DNA of 64,000 nucleotides, from positions 62,001 through 126,000 of the forward strand of contig JASANG010003910.1 in assembly GCA_030248215.1 (NCBI GenBank). Direction: 5' to 3'. The stretch's first letter is position 1. Each line of letters opens with the position of its first letter. Both the position numbers and the translations under genes were made by a program. This document shows, one piece after another, positions 1-12,984 of this stretch. The notes beneath the pieces are model-generated. The model had not been told where the DNA came from and made no database searches. It was given only the letters and a program-made list of their open reading frames with translations. This stretch comes from Enoplolaimus lenunculus. Taxonomy: Eukaryota.

Positions 1-1140
1 GGACTGTAATTGGATAAGCTTCAGCTTTAGAGTAATTTTTTTGCTTTTGCTGTAAGGTATATCCCCATTTTTACGATTTGCAATAAAACTAAAAACTGAC
101 TTAAAATCTTCAAAATTTTTTAGATGACCGCAATTATATTTTAAAGTCAAGAAAGCTTGGGAAATATTGCAAGCTCAAACCCTTTATGGGCAGAAAAATA
201 AAACACCGTTGAAACTTTCATATTTAATACCTACCCATTTTGAGTTTCCGTTGTTTTGATCACTATCCGTATCCGATATATATCTTCAAACTATCCGTGC
301 TGCCGAGTGCCGCTCATACCCTGATTTCAATACCCTGATTTCTAGTATAGCATATATCATTTAATCTTATCATTGTATTAATTTCAAAATTCATATATGA
401 ATTTCTGAAGAAAACGGCAGCTGTTTTTGATTTTGCTAGAAATTTAATCTGACAGTGAAGATGAAGCAAATATGGAATTGGTTTTAGAAGTCTTGCATTT
501 TTTAATATTTGTGAGTCAACTTAACCACCACCTTTATAAGATGAATTAAAGTTTTTACAATCATGGTATTAAGTATGAATAGTAAACTGTAGAAGAATTT
601 CAACGGGCTAAAGCGTAACATGAATACGCTGTGTGTCACTGAACCCGTTTGTAAATTTGAGTATATATACGGCAGGGTAAAGTAAACAAATTTTGCCGGA
701 ACCGGAGCTGAAGCAAAATTAAGTAAAACTGATGCTGAATACGTAAATTTTAACATTGCGTCTTTTTTTGAAAAATTTCGGGAATGAAACAGTTGAAGAT
801 TGCCCTAAAATTGAGTAATAAAGTCAATAAATAGGACAACTGGCAAAAAAATATGCAAAATTTTTTACTACTAAATTTGCCGGAACCTATGGCGAAACTT
901 CACAGGAGCCGGAGCTGAAAGTAATTTGTCTGCCAGGGCCGGACACAGATCTTCGGATCAGCAACGATATAAGATGTCATATGATAGCTCAGAAATACAT
1001 TTATGTACGATTCAGCACGACTACAATTATTCGAAGTTGTTAATTTTAAATTACAAAATTTATTCAAACCGCTATGTATGTGGATATTTGCGTGCATTGT
1101 TGACATACACGGCATTGATTGCCACTGTTAAACATTGGTG

Positions 1141-4100
1141 ATGGATACGGAATACTACTGTTTGACATTTCTAATCCTCATCTGTCTCGTCTGTGCTATT
1201 GTGAAGATGATCGCAAAACTTACTGCTGGACGTTACGTTATTCAACACTCATTAGCAGGAAAAAATGTTATCATAACTGGAGCCAATACAGGTTAGCTAG
1301 TCGAAGTAAAAATTATTGGATTAGTAGGAAAATGTTTGCTGCTGTGTACTGGTGTTCAACAGATGCGTACCGAGATTGGGAACCAGGATGGCCGCGGCTT
1401 TAATCCGAATTCATTTCTGTGACACAGCCTCAGTGAATCGCCAAATTTGCTACTTTTCATTTCAATTTGAGATCCAATGTTTTAAGCGTTTTCTTCGCGG
1501 GCCCCTTACAATACGCATCCGCTGATCCACTTTTGGTATTCACTTTATAAATATATATAACTGCTAGCATGGTTCCACGGGAATCCTAGCAGGGTTCCAT
1601 CGGAATGCTGTTCCGGTCAGAATTCCTGCAAAATTCAAATCCTGTTCCTGCATTCAAACATATAGGAACCGGAATTTTTAAAGTTTTGTGGCAAATTGTT
1701 CGTAATCATTTTAATATTGGAAACTTTATCTCTGAAAAGGTGCTATTTCGAAATGAGTGGTTTTGCACTGGGTCTTTTCGGGTTTCTCCTCGTCCGCGTT
1801 TGCCCAAAAGTGGTTTGATTTTGAAAATTTTTGCGTATTTGAGCTTCTCATGATTTGCCCTGATCATTGTACACCCAAATTTGAATTTTTCACAAATTCG
1901 ATTTTTATAGTCCGAAGGCCCACTTAAGAGCATAAAAAATTTTTGTCCAAAAGCCGGACGAATTATATATCATTCGATGCTGCTTGGAGAGCTGAGTCCA
2001 ATGGTGTTAAAGGTTTTGTAATCAAACGATTGGTTAACGAGTTATTGTCAAATAACTGATTTGGAACGCTGCCAACGATTTGGGTTGGCGCCAAATAAGT
2101 TAATTGTCTATAACTCGTTAACCAATCGTCTGCCAAAAATTTAACATCGTTGGGCTCAGCTCCGCAAGCTGCATTAAATGGTATATAACATGTAAAACGT
2201 TTGGACAAAAATTGTTTAGGTCCCAAGGGGTCCTTGGGACCTTAAAAATCGAATTTGTGAAAAATTCAAAGTTAGGTGTGAAATGATCAGGGCAAATCAT
2301 GAGAAGCTCAAATATGCAAAATTTTCAAAATTCGACCACATTTGGGCAAACGCGGGCTGAGGAAGATAACCGAAAGCACCCCCATCTTATACTGAAGTTG
2401 TACGTCTAAGGGTAAGTTGAGCATATGCCCAGCCAATCCAGCATCCATAATATATTACCTGTCTTGAACATAAGTTGTGCTCAAATGTGTGCCTAGTTGC
2501 CAGCCTGGGCAATGAGGCGCTTAGAACGCAGAGGTATATCAATTGGAGTGAAACTACAGCCTCTGTGTTTTATATAGGTAGATATTAGAGTGAAAAATAT
2601 TTTTGGAAATGAATATATATTTTACTGCTATAGCAACTTATTCGAATAATCTTCACTGGACCGAACATGAACACCCTAATCCAATACTGTGGTTGAGCCA
2701 GTGCAAGCCTAAAGGTAGTTGAACAAACAATACCCTGTTATATTGCAATGTTATAAATGCAGGCCCGTAGCTAGGGGAGGGGTAATGAGGGACGTTCAGC
2801 CACCCTGTAATAATTTTGACCTTCGTAGAAAATTTTAGACCACCCTTGTAAGCTTGTTATTTCCACCCCATCTAAAATTTTTTGGTACCCTGTAACAGGT
2901 TGAGTTAGCTATGACCTGTGTTAATATTTTAGGAATTGGACGTGAAACAGCGCTAGCACTAGCAAAAGCAGATGCGCATGTATTTCTTGCATGCCGTGAT
3001 ACAGCCAAAGCCGAAGTCACTGCGTGTGAAATCCGCAATATTTTACGAGTTACACCCCGGTGTACCGGAGTTGTCACAGTGGCAAAAAGACTTGATCTCA
3101 GTCGGCTTAAATCTGTTCGCTCGTTTGCAAATGATTGGATCGATTCCGGTCGGCCATTGCATGTTTTGATTAATAACGCTGGGATATCAAAAGGTACGCT
3201 GATTAGCTAAGTACTTATTGACGTTTTACTTTGTAATTTAAATGGTAGTAGTCGCAGACGGCTAAAGTACCGTTCACCACTGTTAGCGATAGGGTTTTTA
3301 CCCAAACAATCTTTCTGCGTCTTCGAGTATAGGAAATTTCACGCTTAAATGTCAATAGTGCTGCCCAAAACATGACATTCTCTTGACTTTTTGCTCGCTA
3401 GAAACATGTCTATACATATAGGTAACACGATCATTGGATAAAGTATGCTTATAACATCCTCTAGTACTCTGATATATATGCATGTGTACAAAAAATGTCC
3501 AACCTCGGATTCTCCAAACCCAGAAAATGCAGTATAATTCCGTCTTTATTGAAATGTTTTTTCATTTCAATTTTTGTATTTGAAAAGGACAACAGTAGCT
3601 CGTCGTTTGATATTTTAGGTCTAGAAAAAATGGAAGTATCAGAAGACGGCTTCGAAATTACAATGGCAACGAATCATTTTGGACCATTCCATTTGACAAA
3701 ATTGCTTTTACGTAAGTGAAACATGTTTATGTAATCCTCAAAATCGGAATAATAAAACAAACAACGTCGAGACATTGGCTGGGTTTCTGAAATCTTACTT
3801 AAGTATTTATTTAAGTTATGCTTTAGTAATTACTGAAGTCGCCGACTTAAGTAATTACTTAACTTTTTGAGCAAAAACAAACAACCGCCTTCCGTGAGTC
3901 TACAATTTCAATTAAACCAAGGTTAGTGTGCCTCAACGGTTACTTTGTAACGTGTCAAATTTAGTCCAGCGACTTAAGTATTTACTTAACTTAAATACAC
4001 TTTTAAAAACAACAAAATCGTTATGTAACTGCTTAGCACGTACTTAAGTACTGTGCTGTACTTCATTAGGGTTATGAAAGCCCAGCCATTGAGAAACTTG

Positions 4101-7100
4101 TATTGTGAGGTCATATATGAACGGCTAAATAAAGCGAAAAACAATAAGGGCAGGTGGTAAACAAAAAATTATTCTATATTTGATGATAAATTTTACTGGT
4201 CTAAGCCTTGTTAAAAATTTTAGGAATTTGCCGTTGTGTCGTCCTGAGCTTTATTCCAATCAAACGCCGTATTCTCAAAGTGTGGTTGTGTTTTAATTTT
4301 GTGTTTAGCCGTCCTTGAACGATGCGCACCAACGCGTGTTGTTGTTGTATCATCGATTGCTCATCGGTTTGCGTCTGGCAATTTTAATGAATTTAATTTA
4401 AATTTCGAAAACGGTGGATATTCAGCGTTGAAAGCGTACGCAAATAGCAAATTGGCGAATATTTTGTTTACTCGCGAGTTACATCGGCGTTTCTTTAACT
4501 CAGGTAGAGACTTTTGTCTGATTTTTGAGTCTGTTTGTATTGTTTAGTTGTTCTATAAGATACAGCGGGGATACAACGCAACGGCTGTTGTTATATATTC
4601 CTTGTATATCAATTTGAGTAAATTTCATTTCACACCGAAATAGTTGAGTCCATTACTTTTTATGAAGAGAAGTTGCAGTTTAGTAGTATAACCTAACACC
4701 ACTGGACCTGTTGTACAAATCAGGGCCAAGGGAGGATGTTCAGCGTTGGTAATAATGAAGAATGGACGGAGTCTCAAGGACGGATCAAGCAAAATCCCGG
4801 GACCAAGTCCGTCTTCCAGACACCTGCCAAATTAATATTTTTTTGCAATTGAATACATAAATCACGTCAAGCTCTGAGGGGCGAACAGTTTTTCGCGGGA
4901 TTGCAATAGAATAAGTTTAAGATTTAAACCAGTTTTGCTGGGATTTAAAGTTAGGCTTTGGTCCAGCTTTGTTATAGCATAGGCTTAGGAATATGCTTAT
5001 ACTACTGATACGGCCTGCAGCTTTACATCGGTCTTATATGATGATTTTAAATGTCACGAAACAAACTTGGGGTTGATTTGCAACCATTCCATTTGTATTT
5101 TTTGTAAAGGAGTTTTTACATACTTCGAGCTTGTAACATAGCAAAGCCTTTCTCTTTGAAATTTTGTCCAATGTATAGAACTGGGCAGTAACAGTAGTAT
5201 AAATCTAGCGCTTAAGTTTACTGTATTGCAATCCCGCAAAAAAATGTTTCGCGCTTGATCTTTGCATGGACCTAAGTTTTTTGGAACTTATTAGTTTCGT
5301 TTTTGAGTTAATGAACAGGGCCGGAACAGTAGTATAAGCATATTCCTAAGACTAAGCCTAAGTCTAAGCCTAAGCCAAGGCGTAAGGATGAGCCTATTCG
5401 TAAGCCTAAGTCCAAGCCTAAGTCTATTAATCTAAGCAAAAAAGTTAGTCTAAAGCTTAAACTGACTATACAGACAAATGGTTTGGTCCTGTGTTACAAA
5501 CGGGCCAATACCTTCGATCAGCAGGACACCAAAAAATACGTAAAATAGAAAAATCATGAAAATATTACCATGTTTTTAAGTTCAACAAGCACTTATATAC
5601 CTCGTGGGACCGTATGTAATGTTGTTCCATACAAAAACTTTTAGGGTCGTTTTTTAAATGATTCACGAATACTCTCACGTATTTTTCACAATAACCTACC
5701 CTGCAGACCCTCCCTGAACAACCGCCCCGTGAGGTCTCATGGGGGGGGGGGTCATAACTACTAGGAAAAACAATAATGTGGGAGACTTTAACCTTCTATA
5801 AAATTGGCAGCGGTGTGTTGCGACGTTTTCGTTAAAGCAGCACTAGCATAGACCTTCCGTATTTTGTTTCAATTCAAACTGAGGAGAAAATAAAGTACGT
5901 TGCTGAAAGTTTTAAACCAACATCTTTTATATGCATACTGCTAGGGTTGTAAAAAACATGACTTAAGTCGACCTCTGCCTTATTTGATTTCGCACTTAAC
6001 AGAAAGACATAACTTTTCGTATCGAACTTTTGATAAATTGGCACCCGCTACAGGTGTCAACTGTATCATTGCAAAGTTACCGCAGTAGTTCCATCCAAAT
6101 TAGGGCAGATGTCATCAATTGAAAAATATAAAAAATGCCTAAGTACTGAAAACCAAAGATTTAGGTCATAACAACAAAACTTTAGTAAAACCTTGACTTA
6201 AGTTAGAATCCGACCTAATAAGTCATGTTCTTGTAAGAAATTGATTTTGTGTGCAGGAACCCCTTAAATTTGGTTTGAAAGAACACATTGACTGAAAATA
6301 AACATTAGTATAAGCAGAAAATTGATATACTGATATAGAAAAAGTATTTTAATACACATTTTTGTATTTTCAGGAGTAACTGCAAACTGTTTACATCCTG
6401 GCGCAGTTGCAACGGAATTGTTTCGCCGGGCGCCTTATTGGTCGAAACCTATCTTGTCGTTTCTGTTGTTGTTTTTCAAGGTATGTTTGTTTTAACATGA
6501 ACACAAGCAAGATTGCATGATGTATTTATTTTGCACAACGGTATGCAACTGCTTGAATTCTGTGTACACAAAATGTACCCAACACGCGTTGCGCTTACAG
6601 CCAACCCCTCCCATTTAGAACTGCGTTATGCGTTGCTTTGGCGCGCACTGTAGTGAACCCAATAAGAGGGGGGAACTGATATTTATTTGGCTTCTCTAGG
6701 CGGTAATCCCCCTGTTATTCGGTTACGGACGTTATTTATTTTCAACCCGCCGTCCGCTACCCTTCGCTACTGATATATCTCCGGTATTGCAATTATCCGT
6801 TGAATTAAACATTTGTTTGTCTTGTGTCATTAGCTTGAGCGATAATGCAACGTTTTACTTAGGAGTATACTTTTAAAATTTAAGTATGTTTTTTAAGTTT
6901 CCAACTCAAATTATTTGGTAATGGAGTCATTTATGCGCTGCAATTAGGGATAATTGACATTTATGGACTCTAATTAAGGTTTAGGGACTCTATCCGCTTA
7001 CGGACTCTTATTAGGGATACGGATCCCTATTGATTGGGACTCAAAATAGGGACCCCCTCTTATTCGGGTCACTACAGTACTCCCATCTGGACGTTACAAA

Positions 7101-9176
7101 CACATTCTATACACGATGCGCGCTGCATCGCTTACCGTATCAAAATCGATGTTTCCTTGTGCTGATCCTTAGTTTAAACATAATGCGTCATCCATTTTAA
7201 TGTGTGCTCGCCGTGTGGAAAATTGACGCAACCATTTCCAAGTACGGTTTTGAAAAACGCTTCAAAAAGGAAATGGAATTTCAAAACTGTTTCAATTTCC
7301 CACAGCTATCGATTTTTCAAACTCAAGTAGTTAATTGATAGCATTATTTGATCTTCAATTTACCACTAGCGCTTTTTTAAACAAGGGCAATGGGAAATTG
7401 CGCCATTTTCCAAATTCAATTTCCGCTTTGCCTTGACACTTCAATTACCAAAGTGGAAATTGAAAGAGAAGCATAACGTTTAGCAATTAAATGATATTGT
7501 CCCTCTTATCGAAAATTGAATTTACAGTTTACAATTTCAATTGTGATATTGTCCCCTAAAAGGATGAAATTTTACAACTCAAAGTTCAAATAGAAGGTTA
7601 GGATGAGAGTTTCTAGAAATGATGTTTGATGGGCCACCCAAGTCGCAAGGTTGAAGTTGTGCGATTGAATTTTGAATATCTTGACGTTAGTGGTCATTCG
7701 ACGCTTGGGGTCAAGTTTCTTGTGCTACCAGTTTTACTGAGGTTGGGTTTAAAATTGGAACAGCAATTTTTTTGCGCACATTGGAGTTACTTTTTATGGA
7801 GTACGACGGTATATTGATTCAAGGTTGGTGATTACAATTGGTATCCCCCGCAAACTGAAACCGCATATAGTCACGTTGAACTTACTATGTCCGAACGTGT
7901 CTACGATCTAATTAAGAATATAGACGAAACGAGCGAAGATTTATTAGTGTTAATAGTTTTGCATAATTTAGCAAAAATTATCTGTTTAGTTCGTTTTGAT
8001 TGACTTCTGTCACTTTTCAAAAAATCAACATAAAACCAAACAACTTAACAACATATTGCAGATATTGGCTAAAATTAACTAATTAGCCATCATTTTTACT
8101 ACATAATTTCGCCCCACCTGCGGCTCCGGCTCCGGTATTTTTCACCTCCGGTTGCACCCTGCTACGTAAATGTATACCAGACAGACTTCACAGGCGTTTA
8201 CAGAACTAAGAACCATGATAGAGAATTGGGCTCAATTACTTCAGACATCACGCCCCCTAAACGTCAGCCACTTTTTCCTATACTTAGTGCTTCTTAGGCT
8301 AAGATTTAGACTTAGGGCTACGGTTACCGCCTCTGGATTGTTTTTTCCGGAAAAAAATTATGACCGGAAAAAATGGAAAAATGGAAAAAACTCATTCCTG
8401 GTCTGAGTGATCGGTTATCCCACCCAAATCTTTCTTTCACTTCCGACGTCGAAAACGCCTGCCGTCATAGTTGAAAGCGAATTATTGCACCGATTAGTTC
8501 AAAGGTCATGTACCTACAGCAGTGTTTCCGCTTTTATGATTTTTTCAATTTCCCACTGCCCTGCTGATTTTCAACTACCGTGAGGGAAATTGAAAATGAA
8601 ATTTGGGTGCCCATTTCCCACTGCAGTTTTGGTGACTTTTCAATTTCCTTTTTGACAGCAAATTTAGCTTATCAATTTCCTATTTAAGTTTTAAAAATGT
8701 CTCAATTTCCTACTGCTGTCCTATTTAAATTCCCCATTGGGAAATCGACACTCAAAATATCATTTCAATTTACTAGTACGGTTTGTAAATTGTCTCAATT
8801 TCCCACTAGACCAATTTTTTCAAATTAAATTTCCTTCTTGAAGCGTTTTTCAAAACCGTACTTGGAAATGGTTGCGTCAATTTTCCACACGGCGGGCACA
8901 CGATAAAATGGATGACGCATAAATGCAAGGAGAGTGGACAAGAACCCAGTGGTCAATAGCTTTTACATTTGTCCATCGTTTTAGACTCCTGAAGAAGGCG
9001 CCCAATGCAGCATTTATCTTGCTGCAGCGCCAGAGCTACGGGAAGTTTCCGGTCAGTATTTTTGGGATAACAAATTTGCAACAATCAGTAGACAAGCATC
9101 GGACGAAGAGCTGGCGAAAAACGTCTGGATTGAATCTGAAAAATGTATCGGGAATGCATTGATGGAGAATAATTAA
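1141..9176 (+). CDS. Short-chain dehydrogenase/reductase, retinol dehydrogenase RDH11/12/13-like (6 exons, ~332 aa)
   Basis: Exons 1141-1291, 2933-3193, 3619-3711, 4309-4503, 6374-6480, 8985-9176, all GT-AG, frame continuous (999 nt). Motifs: N-terminal hydrophobic anchor, VIITGANTGIG (TGxxxGxG), LINNAG, ATNHFGPF, VVVVSS, catalytic YANSK (YxxxK), LHPGAVAT, KTPEEGAQ. Confidence 0.93.
1770..2381. mobile_element. Foldback/MITE-like palindromic element in SDR intron 1
   Basis: 1770-~1960 (gggtcttttcgg...catgatttgccctgatcatt...cacaaattcgattttta) is the reverse complement of ~2190-2381 (taaaaatcgaatttgtg...aatgatcagggcaaatcatg...ccgaaagcaccc). No coding capacity. Confidence 0.8.
3776..4088. mobile_element. 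MITE with TGGCTGGG termini and internal ACTTAAGT subrepeats
   Basis: Termini tggctgggtttc ... gaaagcccagcca; acttaagta motif repeated internally. Confidence 0.55.
5167..5507 (+). mobile_element. TTAGGC/GCCTAA-rich MITE (GGCCCATGTATAGAACAG-TIR family), long variant
   Basis: Starts gtccaatgtatagaactggg; contains agtataagcatattcctaag, a (GCCTAA)n-like tract and aaaaaagttagtctaaagcttaaactgact, all shared with the 10403 copy. Confidence 0.7.
6648..7077. mobile_element. Tc1/mariner-like MITE
   Basis: TIRs ctgtagtgaacccaataagaggggg / cccctcttattcgggtcactacag; right flank TA, left flank CA. A partial related copy lies at ~60440-60570. Confidence 0.7.
7183..8920. mobile_element. Non-autonomous DNA element with ~90-bp near-perfect TIRs (SDR intron 5)
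   Basis: atgcgtcatccattttaatgtgtgctcgccgtgtggaaaattgacgcaaccatttccaagtacggttttgaaaaacgcttcaa at 7183 is mirrored at ~8837-8920. Interior is rich in caatttccc subrepeats; no transposase ORF. Confidence 0.8.
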
Positions 9177-9322
9177 GGTCCATGTATAGAACAGGTCCGG
9201 AACAGCAGTATAAGCATATTCCTAAGCCTAAGCCTAAGCAAAAAATTAGTGTGAAGCTTAAACTGACTGTAGGTATTATAGCCCCTCCGGAAAACGATCC
9301 GGCCCTATTCTATACATGAGCC
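9177..9322 (+). mobile_element. GCCTAA-rich MITE starting immediately after the SDR stop codon
   Basis: ggtccatgtatagaacagg...cctaagcctaagcctaagc...ccctattctatacatgagcc; shorter version of the 10403 copy. Confidence 0.85.
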
Positions 9323-10402
9323 ATAATTAGTATACTTAAAACGCTTTGCTTCAATTGTTTTGGTATTGCGTGTGAGAACGGCTTTAACTTTGTCGACGCC
9401 GCCTTGCAGTTTATCAGTTAGTTGTATAAGTTGGGCTAGCAATCACGTCAAAAAAATGCAAAACGCTTTTCGCATTTTGAAAATAAAGCGTTTATATTTA
9501 TGAGAAAATAGTGTTTCGACAAACGCTAAAAAACGTTTAATACTAGCGTTTAGCTACGCCAGTTTTATTTTATACACAGTTTCTCCAGTTACACAAAAGC
9601 ATTTTGAAAGGTGTTGTTAAAAACGATTTATATTCCTGACACGATTCTTTTATCATTAAATTGTTCTATTTTCAAAGATTTTGCATATTTATGCTTCGCT
9701 TTGTATGTCCTAGTCATTTGATCTTTAATTTTTGTTTTGTTTAAATTAGATTTTCGAGGTTTTTATCAAATTAAAGTTTTCTAGGCGAGAAGGATTGCTG
9801 TGTGGTTCTTAAAATGCAGTTAATTTTAAAACAAATTACAGCAAATATATAATAGTTAGTAAATTGCGTGGCATTAAGTGCATATTCTGGTGTCACAATT
9901 TATATACCAATATACTAAACCTACAATCGCGTTCAGACTTAAGCATTTTTGAGTGTATAGTGGTCCCGGGTAGCTCACGGAAATGATGTAGGTAGAATAT
10001 TCCAACGAGATGTGATATTTCTGGAGGTACACGGATAACACGTGCAGCATTCGTACACAAACTGTGTGCGATAGCACGCGGTATTTCTTGTTGAGTTCTT
10101 GCAGAAATGTGTAATATTTTACACATTTTTGTGCTTAATTTTGTAGAAAGTTTCTTTTTACATCTTTCAGACGGTTAATCCACTTATATTTTATGTGTAA
10201 AAGCGACGCGCTGTTTTTGAATTTCGTCATTTTTTACGTTTGATGACTGGTTTAGCGCACCTGATTTACTATAAATTTCAAGAAGCAAATGTAAGAGTAC
10301 AGTTTTCTGCAACAACCAGACTTTCTGAATCAATTTTCTTTTTTTCTCAGGGGGAAACTGCGGCTTACTCGAACCTTTTGCATTTTCAAAGAACACAAAG
10401 CA

Positions 10403-10619
10403 GGGCCCATGTATAGAACAGCTACGAAACAGTAGTATAAGCATATTTCTAAGCCTAGCCTATGCGTAAGCATAAGCCTAATCGTATGGATGAGCCTATT
10501 CCTAAGCCTAAGCCTAAACTCAAGCCTAAGCCTAAGCAAAAAAAATTAGTCTAAAGCTTAAACTGACTCTATTATAGCCCCTCCGGAAAACGATCCGGCC
10601 CTGTTCTACACATGGGCCC
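10403..10619 (+). mobile_element. GCCTAA (TTAGGC)-rich MITE, PIF/Harbinger-like GGGCCC termini
   Basis: TIRs gggcccatgtatagaacag / ctgttctacacatgggccc enclose a degenerate (GCCTAA)n tract. Confidence 0.85.
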
Positions 10620-11936
10620 TAAGCTGGATGGGGTTGTTGCCCCAACCCCACGCTAAAGCTGTCTGCTATTCAGACAACTAGGATCGCTGGTAAAGAACTT
10701 TTGGACTGTTTTGTTATATGAGAAAAAAGTCGTTTATCGTCGGGGTTTGAATTAAAAAGTTATGAGCTCATGAATTCTGTGTCATGGGGGAAATTCAAAT
10801 GTACCCTTAACAGATTGCCATATTTGCAAGCTAGGCTTTTACTAATTAGCATCGTACTAAGTTTGGTTTGGCGTTTTAGTAAATCTCAAGATTTGACGCA
10901 CAGTATGTAATCTCGCGACGCGACTCGGTATATGTTTAGTAGACTTTGTTTCTTGCAAAGGTAATAAATTTAGTTTTTGACGATGCGTATTCGGTGTAAA
11001 TTTTTCACTGGACTAATTTTGAGATAATTTAAAATACGAAGTCATTATTCCAATAAATTTAAAGCTTAACTGAAGTTTCTTTAATTTGGCGTATTTTATG
11101 AAACCAAAGTTTTAAATGATCATGGAATTACGCGGGAATGTAGTTCAATATTCTACTCATGTTTGAAAACGTAATTTTTTCGTGAGCTCCAGCTACTTTG
11201 GTGGTGAAACAATGCAGATTATGCAACAAAAATCTTTAACAATAGCATTTCGGATTTCTGGATACACGTTTCTTTTCGAAATACATATTCTGATATATTT
11301 AATGTGCATTTCTAAATAGAAGGGCAGATGTTTGCACTCCGTTATATCGCTATTGTCCGGGATAATGGGACAGTCGCTATCTTACACGTGCCGAAACCTT
11401 GCAGCGCAGTATTCTTTGCATATTAGTTAAAATTGTAACCTTAGCGTATAAAACATTGGTATTATATTCTATTGGCATTACGGTTATTGAGATGTTCATT
11501 TTACGTAAACATTTTTCGTAAAACACGGTTTATAGTGTTTCAAAACTTCGTATTGGTTCTTTTTCGGCCCACAATTTTCAAATATTTTCGGCACCATTTA
11601 TTTTCTGTTCATGAGGTTTAAAGTCAAACCAAGTGCTATTAACGAGTATTGTGGCTGTTTTGCATACCTTGTGCCGCTGTATTCCATACCTTATACACTA
11701 TACAGGAAATAGTAAAATTTGCAGGAATTTGGGTTCATAAACGCAAATATGCGATATTTTGATATGTAAATCACTCACCAGCTTTCGAAGGTGAATTTTT
11801 TACGTTTATTTGGTTAGGAATTGTGTGATTACTCGGATGCAATACAAAACCTGGACAATATGGTTAACGTGTTTTTAACCGCGGCGCATGTGGTCTGGAA
11901 ATTACTTAGCTAGTGTGATATTATGTAGAAGCCAAA

Positions 11937-12452
11937 TGTCAAGAAGAGTTCATTCAACCAGACTAGGTAATGCTTACAACGTTAAGCCAACATTCCACCA
12001 CTGCGCCACGCAGGCTCGCAGCTTGCATCCAAATGCTTTCATCGTCGACTATGTCTCGACCGTATGCTGCTAGCAACCATGCAATACACCAGGGATCGGT
12101 ATTTGGCACATTGGCAGTCTCAATCTCGGTCTCGGTTTTTGAGTATTAGAAATAATTTATTTTGAAAATTGTAATTTTTTCGGTGATGACCAAAAATTGA
12201 TCGAGACCAAAACTTTTTTCATGGCAGGTCACGATAGTCAGGTCTCAGGGTCAGTTTTGGTTTCAAGAGAGACTGTCCATATCTCCAATACACCATTGAG
12301 CAAAGCTACACAGCATTCACCTTTAATGTGCAAGTATTTCTCACATGTTTGTTTACTCAAGTTTTCGCTGAGGTCGTCCCGTAACCGTCTACTCTGTTTT
12401 CTACTGGATACCATGTTCATTGCGCGACAGTTTACTATGGCGCTCACGGCGG
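11937..12452 (-). mobile_element. Diverged copy of the tRNA-headed TRIM (internal domain + 3' LTR), split by a ~200-bp insertion
   Basis: Minus strand reads gccgtgagcgccatagtaaactgtcgcgcaatgaacatggtatccag (matches spacer 49384-49490), then ...gctagcagcatacggtcgagacatagtcgac...gcctgcgtggcgcagtgg...acctag...TGACA. The insert at ~12090-12290 is flanked by the direct repeat caatacacca. Confidence 0.75.
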
Positions 12453-12690
12453 ATTCGACGTGATACGTACCGTGTGCATATTACGGCAATTACCATTGCG
12501 CTCACCTTGTTTCCCCACATCAATCGATTTTCAGATTCAGATACGATTGGGACATGTGACCTATTAACAAAGCAGTTGGAAAAGAAGGCGTACGAAGGGC
12601 GGCTCGAGCTGGCGACCTTCAAATTCCCAAGCGACCGCTCTGCCGCTATGTGACGCAGTCCAATTCTCCAAAATCATACTACTTGTCAAT

Positions 12691-12851
12691 AAATGCAGTT
12701 GAAGAGGCGGCTTGCGTAGCTTAGTGGTAGAGTGTTCTCTGAGGAATCTGTAAGCGGCTAGTTTCCTATCACCCTCCGTAAATCTGCTTTTTCAGCTGGT
12801 TAGTCAATAGGTCAAAGTCTGAAGTCCCTATCGATTCTACCTAGATGGACA
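12691..12851 (+). mobile_element. Degenerate 3' half of a tRNA-headed TRIM LTR
   Basis: aaatgcagttgaa..gcggcttgcgtagcttagtggtagagtg...gctttttcagctg...tctgaagtccc...ctacctagatggaca is colinear with LTR1 at 48873-49019. Confidence 0.65.
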
Positions 12852-12984
12852 GTCGGGGTACGGGGCTTTGCCAAACTGCCTGTATATTTTTGAATTCGCA
12901 GGTCGAACAGATAACGAATATACCATAATTTTTGCACATAAATACTTATTTAGTTAATTGCAACTATTGTTTATATACATATAT

